The notes under the pieces: generated by a model
Told to the model about the DNA's origin: nothing
Databases searched by the model: none
What the model saw: the letters and a program-made list of their open reading frames with translations, nothing else
Made by a program: the position numbers and the translations under genes
Part shown: in pieces, positions 9,436-19,565 of the stretch
Layout: every line of letters starts with the position of its first letter
Numbering within the stretch: the stretch's first letter is position 1
Assembly (NCBI GenBank): GCA_000388065.2
Contig: KB932202.1
Strand: one strand, 5' to 3'
Length of the DNA: 21,182 nt
Source of the DNA: Fonticula alba ATCC 38817
Lineage: Eukaryota; Protista; Nucleariida

Positions 9436-11842
9436 ATGCTCGACGAGCTCCTGGACTCGGAGGCTCTCTCCGATGCGATGCTTTCGGACCTGGGCTCTGG
9501 ACAGGTGAGCCGGTCCGAGTCGCTCGCCGCGCTGAGCTCCCCGATCTTGGCAGCCGGTAGCATGCCCCACTCGCCGGATGCCCGGACCGGCAGCTCTGAC
9601 CCGGTGGCCGCCTTTGCCGAGGACATGGCCCACTGCCTGGGGGAGATCGCCCGTGGCGGCGAGGGAACCGGCGTCAGCCCGCTGCTGGCTGCCGATGTGG
9701 CCATCGAGGCGCCCCTCACCAGCCCGGGACCACTCGCCGGAAGTGGCTCGCCCTCCGTGGAGGAAGGTCTTTCCGATTTGGCGAGCGGGGCCTCCTCGGA
9801 CTCGGACTCGGACTCGGACTCCGAAGCCGGCGTGGCTCTTTCGCCGGCAGCCGACTCGCGGGCCACCTACCTCCCGCATCCCGCTGGGACACCGGACAGT
9901 GACCGCCACTCCGTCGGGGAGCCCGGCCCTGGCGGGGCATCTTCCGATTTTGGGGCCGATGCCTCGGCAGACCATGTCGCCGATTCGACCCCGACCCCCG
10001 AATCGGAGGTGTCTTCGGAGCCCGGGCCTGTCCCGGCGCCGGTCGCGGCTGCCACACCGGCAGCCGTGCCTCCGATCCAGAATTTCGAAACCCAACGCAA
10101 GCATGGCGATGAGGACACCTCCTGGCCGTCGTGGTCGCGGCGCAAGAAGCACTTCTTCATCCTCTCGTCCTCCGGCAAGCCGATCTACTCCTTCCATGGG
10201 AATGAGGGCGAGATGTCCACCATGATGGGGTTCCTCCAGGCATTTATCTCCCTCTTCTTGGACAGCCGGTCGGCGGCCCCGCCGGGTCCTCGATCGGGCG
10301 CCGGGGCGGCCAGCACCGCCCCCTCCACCCCCACTGGGCCCGGCGGGGATCCCGGCTCCGGGTCCCTTCACAGTGTGGACTTCCAGACCGACGCCGGGCT
10401 GGACATGGTGCGCGCGGTGAAGTTCGGCCGGAATCAAATTGTCTTCCTCCTGAAGCAGCACATCTATCTGGTTGCGGTGTCGCGACTTGGCGAGCCGGAG
10501 CTCCACCTGCGCCAGCAGCTGCAGTATCTCTACTCGCACTTGGTGTCGGTCCTGTCCGTGAGCCAGATCCATTCGATCTTCTCCAATTCCCAGAACTATG
10601 ATCTGCGCAATTTGCTCAACCAGGCGGACACCGCGCGCCTGGACTCCCTGGCCCGGCGGATGGAGCGCGAGCCGATGTTCTGGCTGAATACGGTCCCGGT
10701 GTTCCCGATGCAGGCGACCCTGCGCGAGGCCCTGGTGGCCAGCATCCAGCGCGCGTCGGAGGAGGTCCAGCGCGACCGGCTCCTGGCCACGCTGGTCATC
10801 CACAAATACTCCTCCATCATCACGGCCTCCTTCTCGCCGCGGTACCCGCTCTACACGTCCGACGTGCACCTCATCATGAACACCGTGGCATCGAAGAATC
10901 TCCAGCACTTCATCGGCGTCTGGCTGCCCATCTGCCTGCCGCGCTTCAACCCGACGGCCTTCCTCTTTGCCTATGTGTCGACCATCGAGACAGCGGTGCG
11001 CTGGCGTTTTCCCCCTCGCTCTTGTTCCTTTGCTGCTGCTGCTGCTGCTGCTGGTGCTGGTGTTACTGCTGGTGCTGGCTCATCTCCCGGTCTAACGATT
11101 TCCCCGTGTTTCTGTTCTTCTTGCTCTCCCACTCCCGCCCCCCCCCCCCCCCCCCCCCCTCGCCTGCCCCTCTGCCCTCTTGTGGTCACTCGTGTGCCCA
11201 TAGCCCGACATCTGTGTTGTGATCCTGTCCACCGATCCGAGCGGCGTGGATAGCGCCCAGCGAACAAGCAACAACATCCAGAGCAGCATCCTGGAAATCC
11301 TCCGACCAATGCACGATGCAGGCGGCCTCGGTGGCTCATCCATGCAGTGGCCCCTGATCTGGGAATACGCCGGCTTCCCCTCCTTCACCCCTTCGCAAAT
11401 GTCCCCGCACGACATCAAGGGCTCATTGTTGGGGTTCCTCCGGCACTATGTCTACATCAGCTCGGCCACTCGCCAGCACCATGCATCTCCCTGGATCACT
11501 CCCTACTCGATCCCTCGGCACCAGCGACGCCTGCTTCGGATGTACCGCCACGCGCACCAGATGATTCACACCCGGACCCGGCCGTTGCGCATGTTCTGGA
11601 CCATTGGGTCGCATGAGATTGTTGTTGGCTGGCGCTATGCGTCCAGTGCAAGTGCCCTGCCGCTTGCGGCTGATCCACGCGGTGGCGGTGGCTCGGTTCA
11701 GGATAATTTCGAGATGTACCTGGCTTTTGCGCCGCACACGCGCAAGGATGATGCCCTGTCCACCATTGAGATTCTCATGCGCTGGGTGGCTCTCAACGAG
11801 AAGAATGCCTTCATGCCGGATTGGCTGGCCTTCGCGGTCTAG
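9436..11842 (+). CDS. MON1: Vacuolar fusion protein MON1/SAND (Rab7 GEF subunit); exons 9436-10995 and 11204-11842 (732 aa; 714 aa if a 54-nt GC-AG intron at 11648-11701 is real)
   Basis: Hallmark motifs W..RKKHFFILSSSGKPIYSFHG, IVFLLKQHIYLVAVS, LRQQLQYLYSHLVSVLS, NYDLRNLL, SDVHLIMN, WLPICLPRFNPTAFLFAYV, ICVVILSTD, RLLRMY and FEMYLAF. Intron GTGCGC(10996)...TAG(11203) keeps frame. Confidence 0.93.
11030..11078. repeat. (GCT/GGT)n trinucleotide microsatellite in MON1 intron 1
   Basis: Seen directly. A similar (GCT)n tract is at about 13955-13993. Confidence 0.85.
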
Positions 11843-12270
11843 GTCCTTCCTGTTGGTGAGGGCCCTGGCCAATATAATGCCTTTGGTTGGTGCTCATCGC
11901 TTGCCTTTTGGAGGGGTGTCGATGCGATCGGAGCCCGGTGGATACACAGCGAGGCGAGTCTGGCCCTTGGCCCCCGTGTGTGAAGGGCGAGGAAAGAGGA
12001 AAGGCAGAATGGGTATATTTTCGCCCCCAGTGAGGGGGGGGGAGGGGAGAGAGGGAGAGAGAGAAAGGCAGGGGGGGGGGGGGGATGGGGGACAGGAATG
12101 GAAAAGCCCGGCCGGGACAAGGACATGCACATATGCGGGCCGCCCCTGCGTGTTTCAGGGGTAGAGAGGAGGAGGGCGCGCTTGCACGGAGAAAAGGGGG
12201 GGTGGTGGTGGGAGGCAAGGAAGCCGGTGGGAAAGAGGACGTATATGCAGGCAAGCAAATGGCTGTGCCT

Positions 12271-12781
12271 TCAGACCAGGCGGAAAACGTCGCGCACAAT
12301 CCGGAACATCGTGGTACCCGGGTCGGCCTGAATGACCAGGGTCTGGGAGAAGTTCTCAGCGGGCTCCGAGCCGAAAGAAATGGTGCCAAGGATGAGAATG
12401 GTGATGAGCGACGGCGTGCTCGGGCCGATGACGTGACCTGTGGTACGGGGAACAAGGGAGGGGGGGGGGGAGGGAGGCTCGGTATAAGAAAGGCAGATGA
12501 GGATAAGGGGGAGGAGGGGGGGAGGGGAAAAAAAGGCGCACTAAGGACAGCCTGGGCGTCAACCGAGCTAAGGTTCACCGAGATGGAGGGAAGATTGGAC
12601 ATGAACTCCGCGAAGAAGGACTGCACGGAGTCGTAGTTGAAGCCGCTCCAGGTGACGGTGGCGGTGGGCGCGTAGAAGTTCATCATGTTCTATGATGAAT
12701 GGAGGAGTCAGTGTTTGCCCACATATTGGATTGTTGGCTGGGGTGGACACCCTTATGCATGCGCCCATGCGCGCGCGCGCA

Positions 12782-12842
<61 letters not shown>

Positions 12843-13201
12843 ACGCGCCGCATGTTTCCCCGCACCCAGGGAGTGGCGGGAAAATGCGAGGCATTTCAGC
12901 ACGCGAAAGGGAAAGACACCAAGAAACGCACCGGGCGGTTGTTCTGAAGGGCATCATAGTAAACCTGAACCAGCTGGTTGGCCACCTTGGCCGAAGTGAG
13001 CTTCACCTCCTGGGCAGCCTTATCCATCTGGAGCGGTCAAGCGATGTGGACAAGCGTTTGTGAGTGGGAATATGAATGCTCAAAAGGAGGGAAGAGGGAG
13101 AGGAAGGCAAGTCGCAGTGGTGGAAGCCGTCGGCTCCGAAAGGAAGAAGAACCGAGGCGAAGGGGGGAGGGGGGTGCATGTGTGGTCCGTACATCCGACA
13201 T
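12271..13201 (-). CDS. NXT1: NTF2-family protein, NXT1/p15-like; exons 13201-13193, 13027-12932, 12689-12542, 12437-12271; 139 aa
   Basis: Spliced product MSDMDKAAQEVKLTSAKVANQLVQVYYDALQNNRPNMMNFYAPTATVTWSGFNY...LSSVDAQAVLSHVIGP...ILILGTISFG...NFSQTLVI...FRIVRDVFRLV fits the NTF2 fold with NXT1-like features (VxxYY, LY...ATLxWxG, F.Q.F.L, I..D.FR). All introns are GT-AG and keep phase. The 9-nt first exon is less certain. Confidence 0.8.
12786..12840. repeat. (TG)n microsatellite within the NXT1-like intron 12931-12690
   Basis: Seen directly. Confidence 0.9.
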
Positions 13202-13278
13202 TGTGTGTTGGTGTGTCTGGGAGAATGAAAGAGAAAGAGAGATCTGCGTCGGAAGAAGACGCAGAGGAGGGAAGAGGG

Positions 13279-13566
13279 GCGGAGGGGAGAGGCGGGGAGC
13301 GGGGAGGAGGGAGGGGATGGAGGGTGCTGGGGATGGTCAGGCCCCGATTGCACGGCAGAAGGCCATCTGAAATGCACGCCCGATGCGCCGCCCGGGTGGG
13401 AGCACCCTTCGAGATGCTGCCAGCGGAGGGGAGAGGCGGGGAGCGGGGAGGAGGGAGGGGATGGAGGGTGCTGGGGATGGTCAGGCCCCGATTGCACGGC
13501 AGAAGGCCATCTGAAATGCACGCCCGATGCGCCGCCCGGGTGGGAGCACCCTTCGAGATGCTGCCA
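13279..13566. repeat. Exact 144-bp tandem duplication (13279-13422 and 13423-13566)
   Basis: Two identical copies read directly, from gcggaggggagaggcgggg to cccttcgagatgctgcca. Confidence 0.95.
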
Positions 13567-13607
13567 GGTCCCCGGGGAGGAGGTGACTGTGGGCCGGGCG
13601 GACCCAC

Positions 13608-13811
13608 GCAACCACGCGCTCGCATCCATCCCCTGGGGACCGGCTGCCGGCCCGGCCCGGCCCTTGCGAACTTCCGCGGAGACAGAAATGAATCANNNNN
13701 NNNNNNNNNNNNNNNNNNNNNNNNGCAACCACGCGCTCGCATCCATCCCCTGGGGACCGGCTGCCGGCCCGGCCCGGCCCTTGCGAACTTCCGCGGAGAC
13801 AGAAATGAATC
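13608..13811. repeat. 87-bp direct repeat (13608-13694 and 13725-13811) flanking a 29-N gap; probable unmerged contig overlap
   Basis: Identical gcaaccacgcg...agaaatgaatc on both sides of Ns 13696-13724. Confidence 0.9.
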
Positions 13812-13949
13812 GGCCCTGGGCCGACACATGGGGACCCCTGTCCGTTGGCATCTAGCCCGCGCCGTTTGATCGTTGGCCTTTTTTGGCGATCGTCCCGGCT
13901 GACTGCTTGGGCAATGAGCCTCCCATCGCGGTCACTCTCCTCTTCGCCT

Positions 13950-13989
<40 letters not shown>

Positions 13990-14187
13990 TGCTGTTTTGC
14001 CTGCCTGTGTATCTGTCCGCCCGTCCGCCAAGACACCCACTCGGCCCCCCCCCCAATCGATCCATCCTGCCGGCTAGCCGGCTGGTGCACCCGCGCATTC
14101 ACACCTGCCACGTCCCCTTCGCCTGTTGCCCAGACACACGCGCATTTCTCCAGCCCGACCGTGGAGGCCAATCCCACAGGGTCGCGA

Positions 14188-16172
14188 ATGGCCATGGCAC
14201 AGATCGATCCCGTCGCCGGTGGCGGTTGCAAAGGACAGATCGCCCTGCTGCCGGCGGCGGCCGAGCAGGACGACCTCCTATCGGTGTGGATGCCACATCC
14301 GGTGACCGGCGAGCGGTCTCTCTTTCTGACCTGCACTGATCGACGGCGCTATTTCCAAACCCAGCATGTACATCCCATCGACCAACAGATGCCCCCCCCC
14401 CCCCACTCCCCAAGTCTGCGCCCTCTTCCCACTGACGCTGCCCTTACTCCGCCCTTCCTCTTTCTTCCCTTTTCTCCCGCCTTCTCTCTTGTTGCTCGCA
14501 CCTCCCGCCCGACCCGTCCCGCTTCTGATGGCGCGCTTCGCTGCAGGTAAACATTGGGCGGTCTTCCCTGCGTGTCGGAGCGGCCGTCTTCCCCGGAGAA
14601 GACCTCCTGCTCACTTCCCCCTTCGACCCGGGTTTCTTCTTCGTGGATTTTCTCTTTCGCCAACAGCATGGTGTGTCCTGTCGTCCACTACTTGATTGGC
14701 TCCCTCTCGCGGACCATCGGGCAACATTGGTGGCCCGCGTGCGGCGGAACTGACCCCAACATGGACTCCCATAGCCACCCTGGCCGCCATTGTCGAGTAC
14801 ATGAGCCCCGCGGAGATCTCACGCTCGGAATGTGTCCGTCACCTTGGTCGAGTGGGGCTCCTGCCGACCGGGGCCGACCCGAAGGACCCTTTCGAGGTGA
14901 CTTTTTGTCTGGATCACATCCGGCCCTTCCTTGATGGCGCGCATCCTCCCCTTCGTCCCTCCTCCTGGGGTCACACCAGTCTCCCATCCTCTCCTTTCCC
15001 ATGCGCCCTCCCTTTGCGCGTCTTCTGACTCTCCTGGATTCCCGATGATCCTTCCTCTCTCTCTCTCTCTGCCTCTTCCTCACGTCCGAGCAGGCGTACT
15101 TGCACGTGTAGCTTCCACGGCGCCTGGCCGCAGTAACCTGGCTCCAGGCCAGCGAAGCCGGCCACTGCGCTTTGCCTTGGATTCCCTTCGAGCTTCGGCC
15201 ATCTGTGCAGGTCTGGCCGAGGCGCTGCATGAGGCTCGAAAGGCGGATCTCGACGCCGAGGAGGCTGAGATCGGCCGCGCCCTGGCGGCCAAGGATGCCC
15301 CGGCCGCCGAAGACGCCATCGCGCGTGCATTGCCCACGGCCGCATCGCCGGTCGCGACTGCAGTCTCCACTCCACGAGCGGCCGCCGGCTCGTCAGCCGG
15401 CTTGCTGGCACAGATGCTTCGCGACATGCCGCCAGCAACGCCGCTCCACACGCCCCGGGCCTCGGGGGCGGCTTCCCTGTCCGCGACTCCCTGCACAGCC
15501 GGCTCGAGGGTTCCCCCGCCGCTGCCAGATGGGGCGGGAATCCGGAGCCCGAATCCGGTTCTCGGACGTGCACCGCCAGCCACTCCCGGCACGGCTGTCG
15601 ACCGGGACTCGGCGACCACCCCCTCGGGCAATGTGGCCGGGACACTGGTGGACTTGGACTTCGAAACACCGGTCATCGGCATGGCCACCGACTCGGGCGC
15701 GCCACACTGGCCGGGGCTGGCGTCGACCGACCGGGGTCGGCGTGTGGCCCAGTCGCCGCTGGCCAAGCGCGCCCGCCTGGCCGAAGATCTGGCCCCCTCT
15801 CCGGTGACGCCTGGCTCTTGTCTGAGCGATCGCGTGCTGCATGCGGCGGCCTCGGCGGCGGCGGCCTCGTTGCAGCGACTGCCGCCAGTCGGGGATCTTG
15901 GCTCCTCCGGTGGGGATGCGGCCCCTCCGGAGGCTGGGGCTGGGGCGGCTGGCCCGCCCAGCCCGCCAACTATCCCAGAGCCCGCTCCCTTCGAGGCCGA
16001 GCCGGCTGCCGCTGCAGCCCGGACGAGAATCCCCACACGGCGGAAGGCCGCCGGCCCGAGCGTGCCGGCCGGCCGGAAAGCACCGGCCCGGCGACAGCAG
16101 CCCCTCCCCGGCCAGAGCTCGATTCTGGGCTTTCTCCGAGCCAAGGATCCGGACCACCCGCCGAGCGGCTGA
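14188..16172 (+). CDS. RNASEH2B: Ribonuclease H2 subunit B (Rnh202/Ydr279 family); proposed exons 14188-14367, 14547-14670, 14775-14936, 15094-16172; about 514 aa
   Basis: MPHPVTGERSLFL matches the L.HP..G....F motif; RSSLRVGAAVFPGEDLLLTSPFDPGFFFVDFL matches RSWFI...V...G.L...TP.DP.F..L..L; then FCLDHIRPFLDGVLARV and LRFALDSL. C-terminal PIP box QSSILGFL (16113-16136). The third intron boundary and the true start (possible upstream exon 13914-13930) are uncertain. Confidence 0.82.
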
Positions 16173-16474
16173 GATCTCGACGCCCCCTTCCCGTGTGCCC
16201 TTGCCTCGCATTGTCTTCCACGCCGCCAGGCGACCATCGTTCGTCCTCCTCTCCCCCAGCTGGCAGCGGGCTGTGTGCCTCCCTTCCTCCCTGAGCGAAG
16301 GGCATTCTTCAGTACAAGGCCCTCATGTAGGACATGTATGGGCCTGGGCCACGGGGAATGTTGTTTATATACCATGTGTGCAAGTGTGTGTGTGCATGTG
16401 TGTGTACGTGTGCGCGCGCGCGCACACACACACACAAAACACGGGTCGGAAGGGGCAGGAGGCCGTGCGAGGTC

Positions 16475-18103
16475 TTACTCGGTGGGGTCGCGCCACTCCG
16501 GGAAGACCAGGGAGTCCTTGCTCTTCTCGCGGATGGACTTCAGCCCCAGGGCCAGGTCGCCGCCGGCATACGCCGCCGCCTGGGTAAGGGCCTCACGCTC
16601 CAGAGCCAGCTCCAGGCTGGTGGACGGGTGGTCGACATGCTGTGCGCCCAGGGGAGCAGGGGACCGATGTGTCAGACAGCCAGGCGGAGGGCAGGGAGAG
16701 CATGTGCATGGGTGAATGAAAAGGGGGGGGGGGGGGGGGCAGCGGGGGGACAAAAGTACGCACCGTGCGGAGGGCCTTGACGGTGGCGCGCACGGCGTAT
16801 GGCGACCCGCCGGCGATGTTCTCCGCCAAGCTGACAGCCGACTGGACCACCTTGTCCAGGGGGTAAGTGTCCAGCACCAGGCCGTAGCTCTTGGCAGTGG
16901 CGGCGCTGCGAGGACGGGGGGCGAGGGAGGGCGGGCGGGAGGGCGGGCGGGCGGGATAGCATCAGGTCAGGAGGCGGGATGCGGTCGGAGAGGTGTCAGG
17001 TCGTGGACCAGGAGGATGGGCACGCACTCGACCAGGTCGCCGGTGAGCAGCAGTCGGGCGGCCACCTGCGGGCCGACAGCCTGCTGCAGGAGGAAAGTGC
17101 TACCCATGCCTGTGCGCCGGGGGAAGATGGAAAGGGGCAAAGAAGGTGGGAGCGAAGGAGCCAGAGAGACCGGGTTAGCAGGGGCAAAAATGGCGAGGCT
17201 GGGGGCATTTGACAGGCGAAGGGGGGATCCAACGCACCGGGCGGGATGCCGAGCTTGACGAAGTTGAGACCCATGCGCGCGGAGTCAGCGGCCAGACTGC
17301 GTGGCTGTCAGAGAAGGAAGATGGGCGGGCGGAGAAAGCGAGAGGCACATCGGAAGGGGGCCAGGCTCGAGCGCAAGGATGAAAGAGGGGGCGGAGGCGA
17401 GCAGGGGCTTTGCTTGAGGAAAAGGGAAGGCCCTGCAGGGGGGAGGGGGGGGGGGGGGCCACACGCTGGGCGCGCACCGGATATCACAGCCCAGGGAAAT
17501 GGCCAGGCCGGCACCGACGGCATGTCCGTTGATGGCGGCGATGGTCGGGACCGGGCACTCGCGCAGCGGCCGGAGGAAGCGCGCATAGAAGCGCCGCATG
17601 ATGGCCACATTGTCGGCCGGCGCCGTGTCCAGGCGGTTGTCCAGGAAGGCCAGGTCGCCACCGGCCGAGAAGGCGGCCGGGGGCGGGCGCCGGCCGGAGG
17701 TGCTGGCCGCGGCGGCGGCCTCATCCCGAGCCGCCGGATCCAGCATGCCGGCCACATCGCCATCGGGCGGGGCGCCGCACAGGACCACCGCGCGCACCGG
17801 AACCCGGCCATCGCCCGGGGTCACCAGCGAGGCCAGCGCCTCGCCAAAGGCGTTGCCCATGTCCGCGGTGAGGGCATTCATGGCGGCCGGCTGGCGCAGG
17901 GCAATCAGACCGATGTCACCATTGCCGCTGGCACATGCCCGCGTGAACACCTGCACCAGGCCGGCGTCACCGGCGGCCTCCGGCTCGGGAAGCTGTGCCC
18001 ACTTGGCTGGAGCGGCCGTGGAGGAGAGGGGGCGCATGGCGAGCAGCGGCGCGGCCAGCTGGCGGCCGGCCATGAGCGAGACACGCGTCGAGCGGAGCAT
18101 CAT
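16475..18103 (-). CDS. Mitochondrial enoyl-CoA hydratase/isomerase (crotonase) family protein; exons 18103-17478, 17296-17238, 17109-17028, 16905-16764, 16639-16475; 357 aa
   Basis: Arg/Ser/Ala-rich N-terminal presequence (MMLRSTRVSLMAGRQLAAPLLAMRPLSS). Crotonase motifs MNAL, VRAVVLCG, AFSAGGDL, PVPTIAAINGHAVGAGLAISLGCDIR, GLNFVKLGIPPGMG, LLLTGDLVDA..A...GLV and E...Q...Y...D...GL. Four GTGCGY-AG introns keep frame. Confidence 0.92.
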
Positions 18104-19127
18104 CTTCGGGGATTTGTCGAGGGGACAAACGGAGGGCGGGCAGCGCGAGGGGGAAAAGGCAGGAGAGGGGGGAGGGGGGGAGGAGGGGGACAGACAAGAC
18201 ACTCTCTGCGGGGCACCAATGCCGGTGCGAGGCAGCCGCGATTGCTTTTGGCGCTATACGAGCAGGCGCGCCCCTCCGGCCTGGCGTCCCAGGCCGGGGG
18301 ATGGCCGGCCTGCCCATCTGTGGGGACGAATACGCCGGCGCCGTCGGTGTGTCCAACATATATCCCGTCTAGCGCTCCCCCCCCTCAGCCCGCCGATTGC
18401 CGGGGGGCCGGGGCCTCGGCTGGGCGCAGGCGATCGCGGAGCCTCCGGTGGCACTTACGGGATCACGTCTGCACATGACTTCCGGGTGCGTCGGGACCAA
18501 GGGCGCCGCTTGACCCCGGGGGTTCGCTCGGCTTCAGGGGGCGGCGAGGAGCCTCCGCCAAGACACGTTGAGTGTCTTACGCCTGGGCCCCCTGCGCCCC
18601 CTCTCTCGTCCTTTTTTTTGCGGGCAAATAACAGCCCGCCCGCCCTCGGGGGGGGGACGTCTTGGCGCGGGCTACGTCGCTCAACCCGCCCCGCCCCCCA
18701 TGCCCCACGGCTGTCTTCCGAGAGCTGCAAGACACGGGCGCGAAACCCGGGGGTCCCCCTGACCCTGCATCCCGGCGCGCAACGCCTCTGCCTGGCTGGT
18801 AAACATTCTCCCGGTCGACCAGGGTGTTGGTGTGGTGGCGACTGCGCAAGTTCCCCCCCCCCCCCCGGCCGCCGCTCCCACGAGTCTGCCCGGCTGATAC
18901 CCAGAAACTGGGCGACCGCCGGATGTTCGAGAAGGGCTGCCTTGAGCATCGGAGGGGGAACCGAGGCGCCTGGGCTCCAGGGGGGGTAACTTGCCCATTG
19001 AGGCCCCTGGCCGGCCCCTCCCGAGAGGGTGAGTTGCCGGGGCGGGGGTGTTGCGCTGGTTGCCGTTTTGAAGCTCGCTGGCGCCGGGTGCCGTGGTGGC
19101 CTCCCGGGCGCGAGTCGCGGCACACCT

Positions 19128-19129
<2 letters not shown>

Positions 19130-19196
<67 letters not shown>
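19130..19196. repeat. 67-nt poly-C homopolymer in the divergent intergenic region
   Basis: Counted directly. The poly-Pro ORFs in the ORF track come from this run. Confidence 0.9.
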
Positions 19197-19200
<4 letters not shown>

Positions 19201-19447
19201 TCCCCCTTTGTTTGGCGAAGGGCTTGCGTCAGTTGTGTTTTGGCCGGCTCGGAAACGGCCTGGCCTGGGCGCGGACCGCCCCCCCGCCCCCCCCCCCCCG
19301 CATCTCAGGCGGGAGTGGGGCCAGCCGGTAGTAACTGACTACTCCCGGGCGCGGCTACCCGCCGGCCCCCTGGGCCGGACCGAACGATCGAAAGTCCAAG
19401 TCCAGGGGGGGGGCGCCGGGAATTCCCGGCTTCCCGCTGGTGGGAAC

Positions 19448-19455
19448 TATAAAAA
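19448..19455 (+). promoter_or_regulatory. Putative TATA box (TATAAAAA) upstream of the I9 inhibitor gene
   Basis: A strong TATA match is rare in this GC-rich sequence; it lies about 110 bp 5' of the ccaccATG at 19566. Confidence 0.45.
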
Positions 19456-19565
19456 GGAAGAATGTGCGGCCCGAATGCTGGCCAAGCTGCGGACACATCA
19501 TTTGCTCCCTTTTGATACCTCCCTCCCTCTTTTTCCTTCCCCCCCCCCTCTTCCCTCCCACCACC

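Noticed and set aside
9274-10908. 544-aa antisense ORF, and similar shadow ORFs such as 3276-4037 and 17246-18478
   Set aside because: Antisense or off-frame mirrors of MON1, WDR55 and the crotonase caused by GC-rich codon usage; no recognisable motifs.
13608-13811. Direct repeats around a gap resembling an LTR, target-site duplication or CRISPR unit
   Set aside because: Identical 87-bp sequence abutting a 29-N gap is the usual signature of unmerged contig ends; no transposase, spacers or cas genes.
13914-13930. Possible upstream first exon of RNASEH2B (MSLPSR, spliced to 14154)
   Set aside because: Phase-compatible, but the GTCACT donor lacks the +5G found in nearly all other donors here; left out of the model.
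18200-19500. Poly-proline ORFs (18824-19840, 19029-19331, 19093-19338)
   Set aside because: Produced by translating the poly-C run; poly-Pro appears in all three frames.
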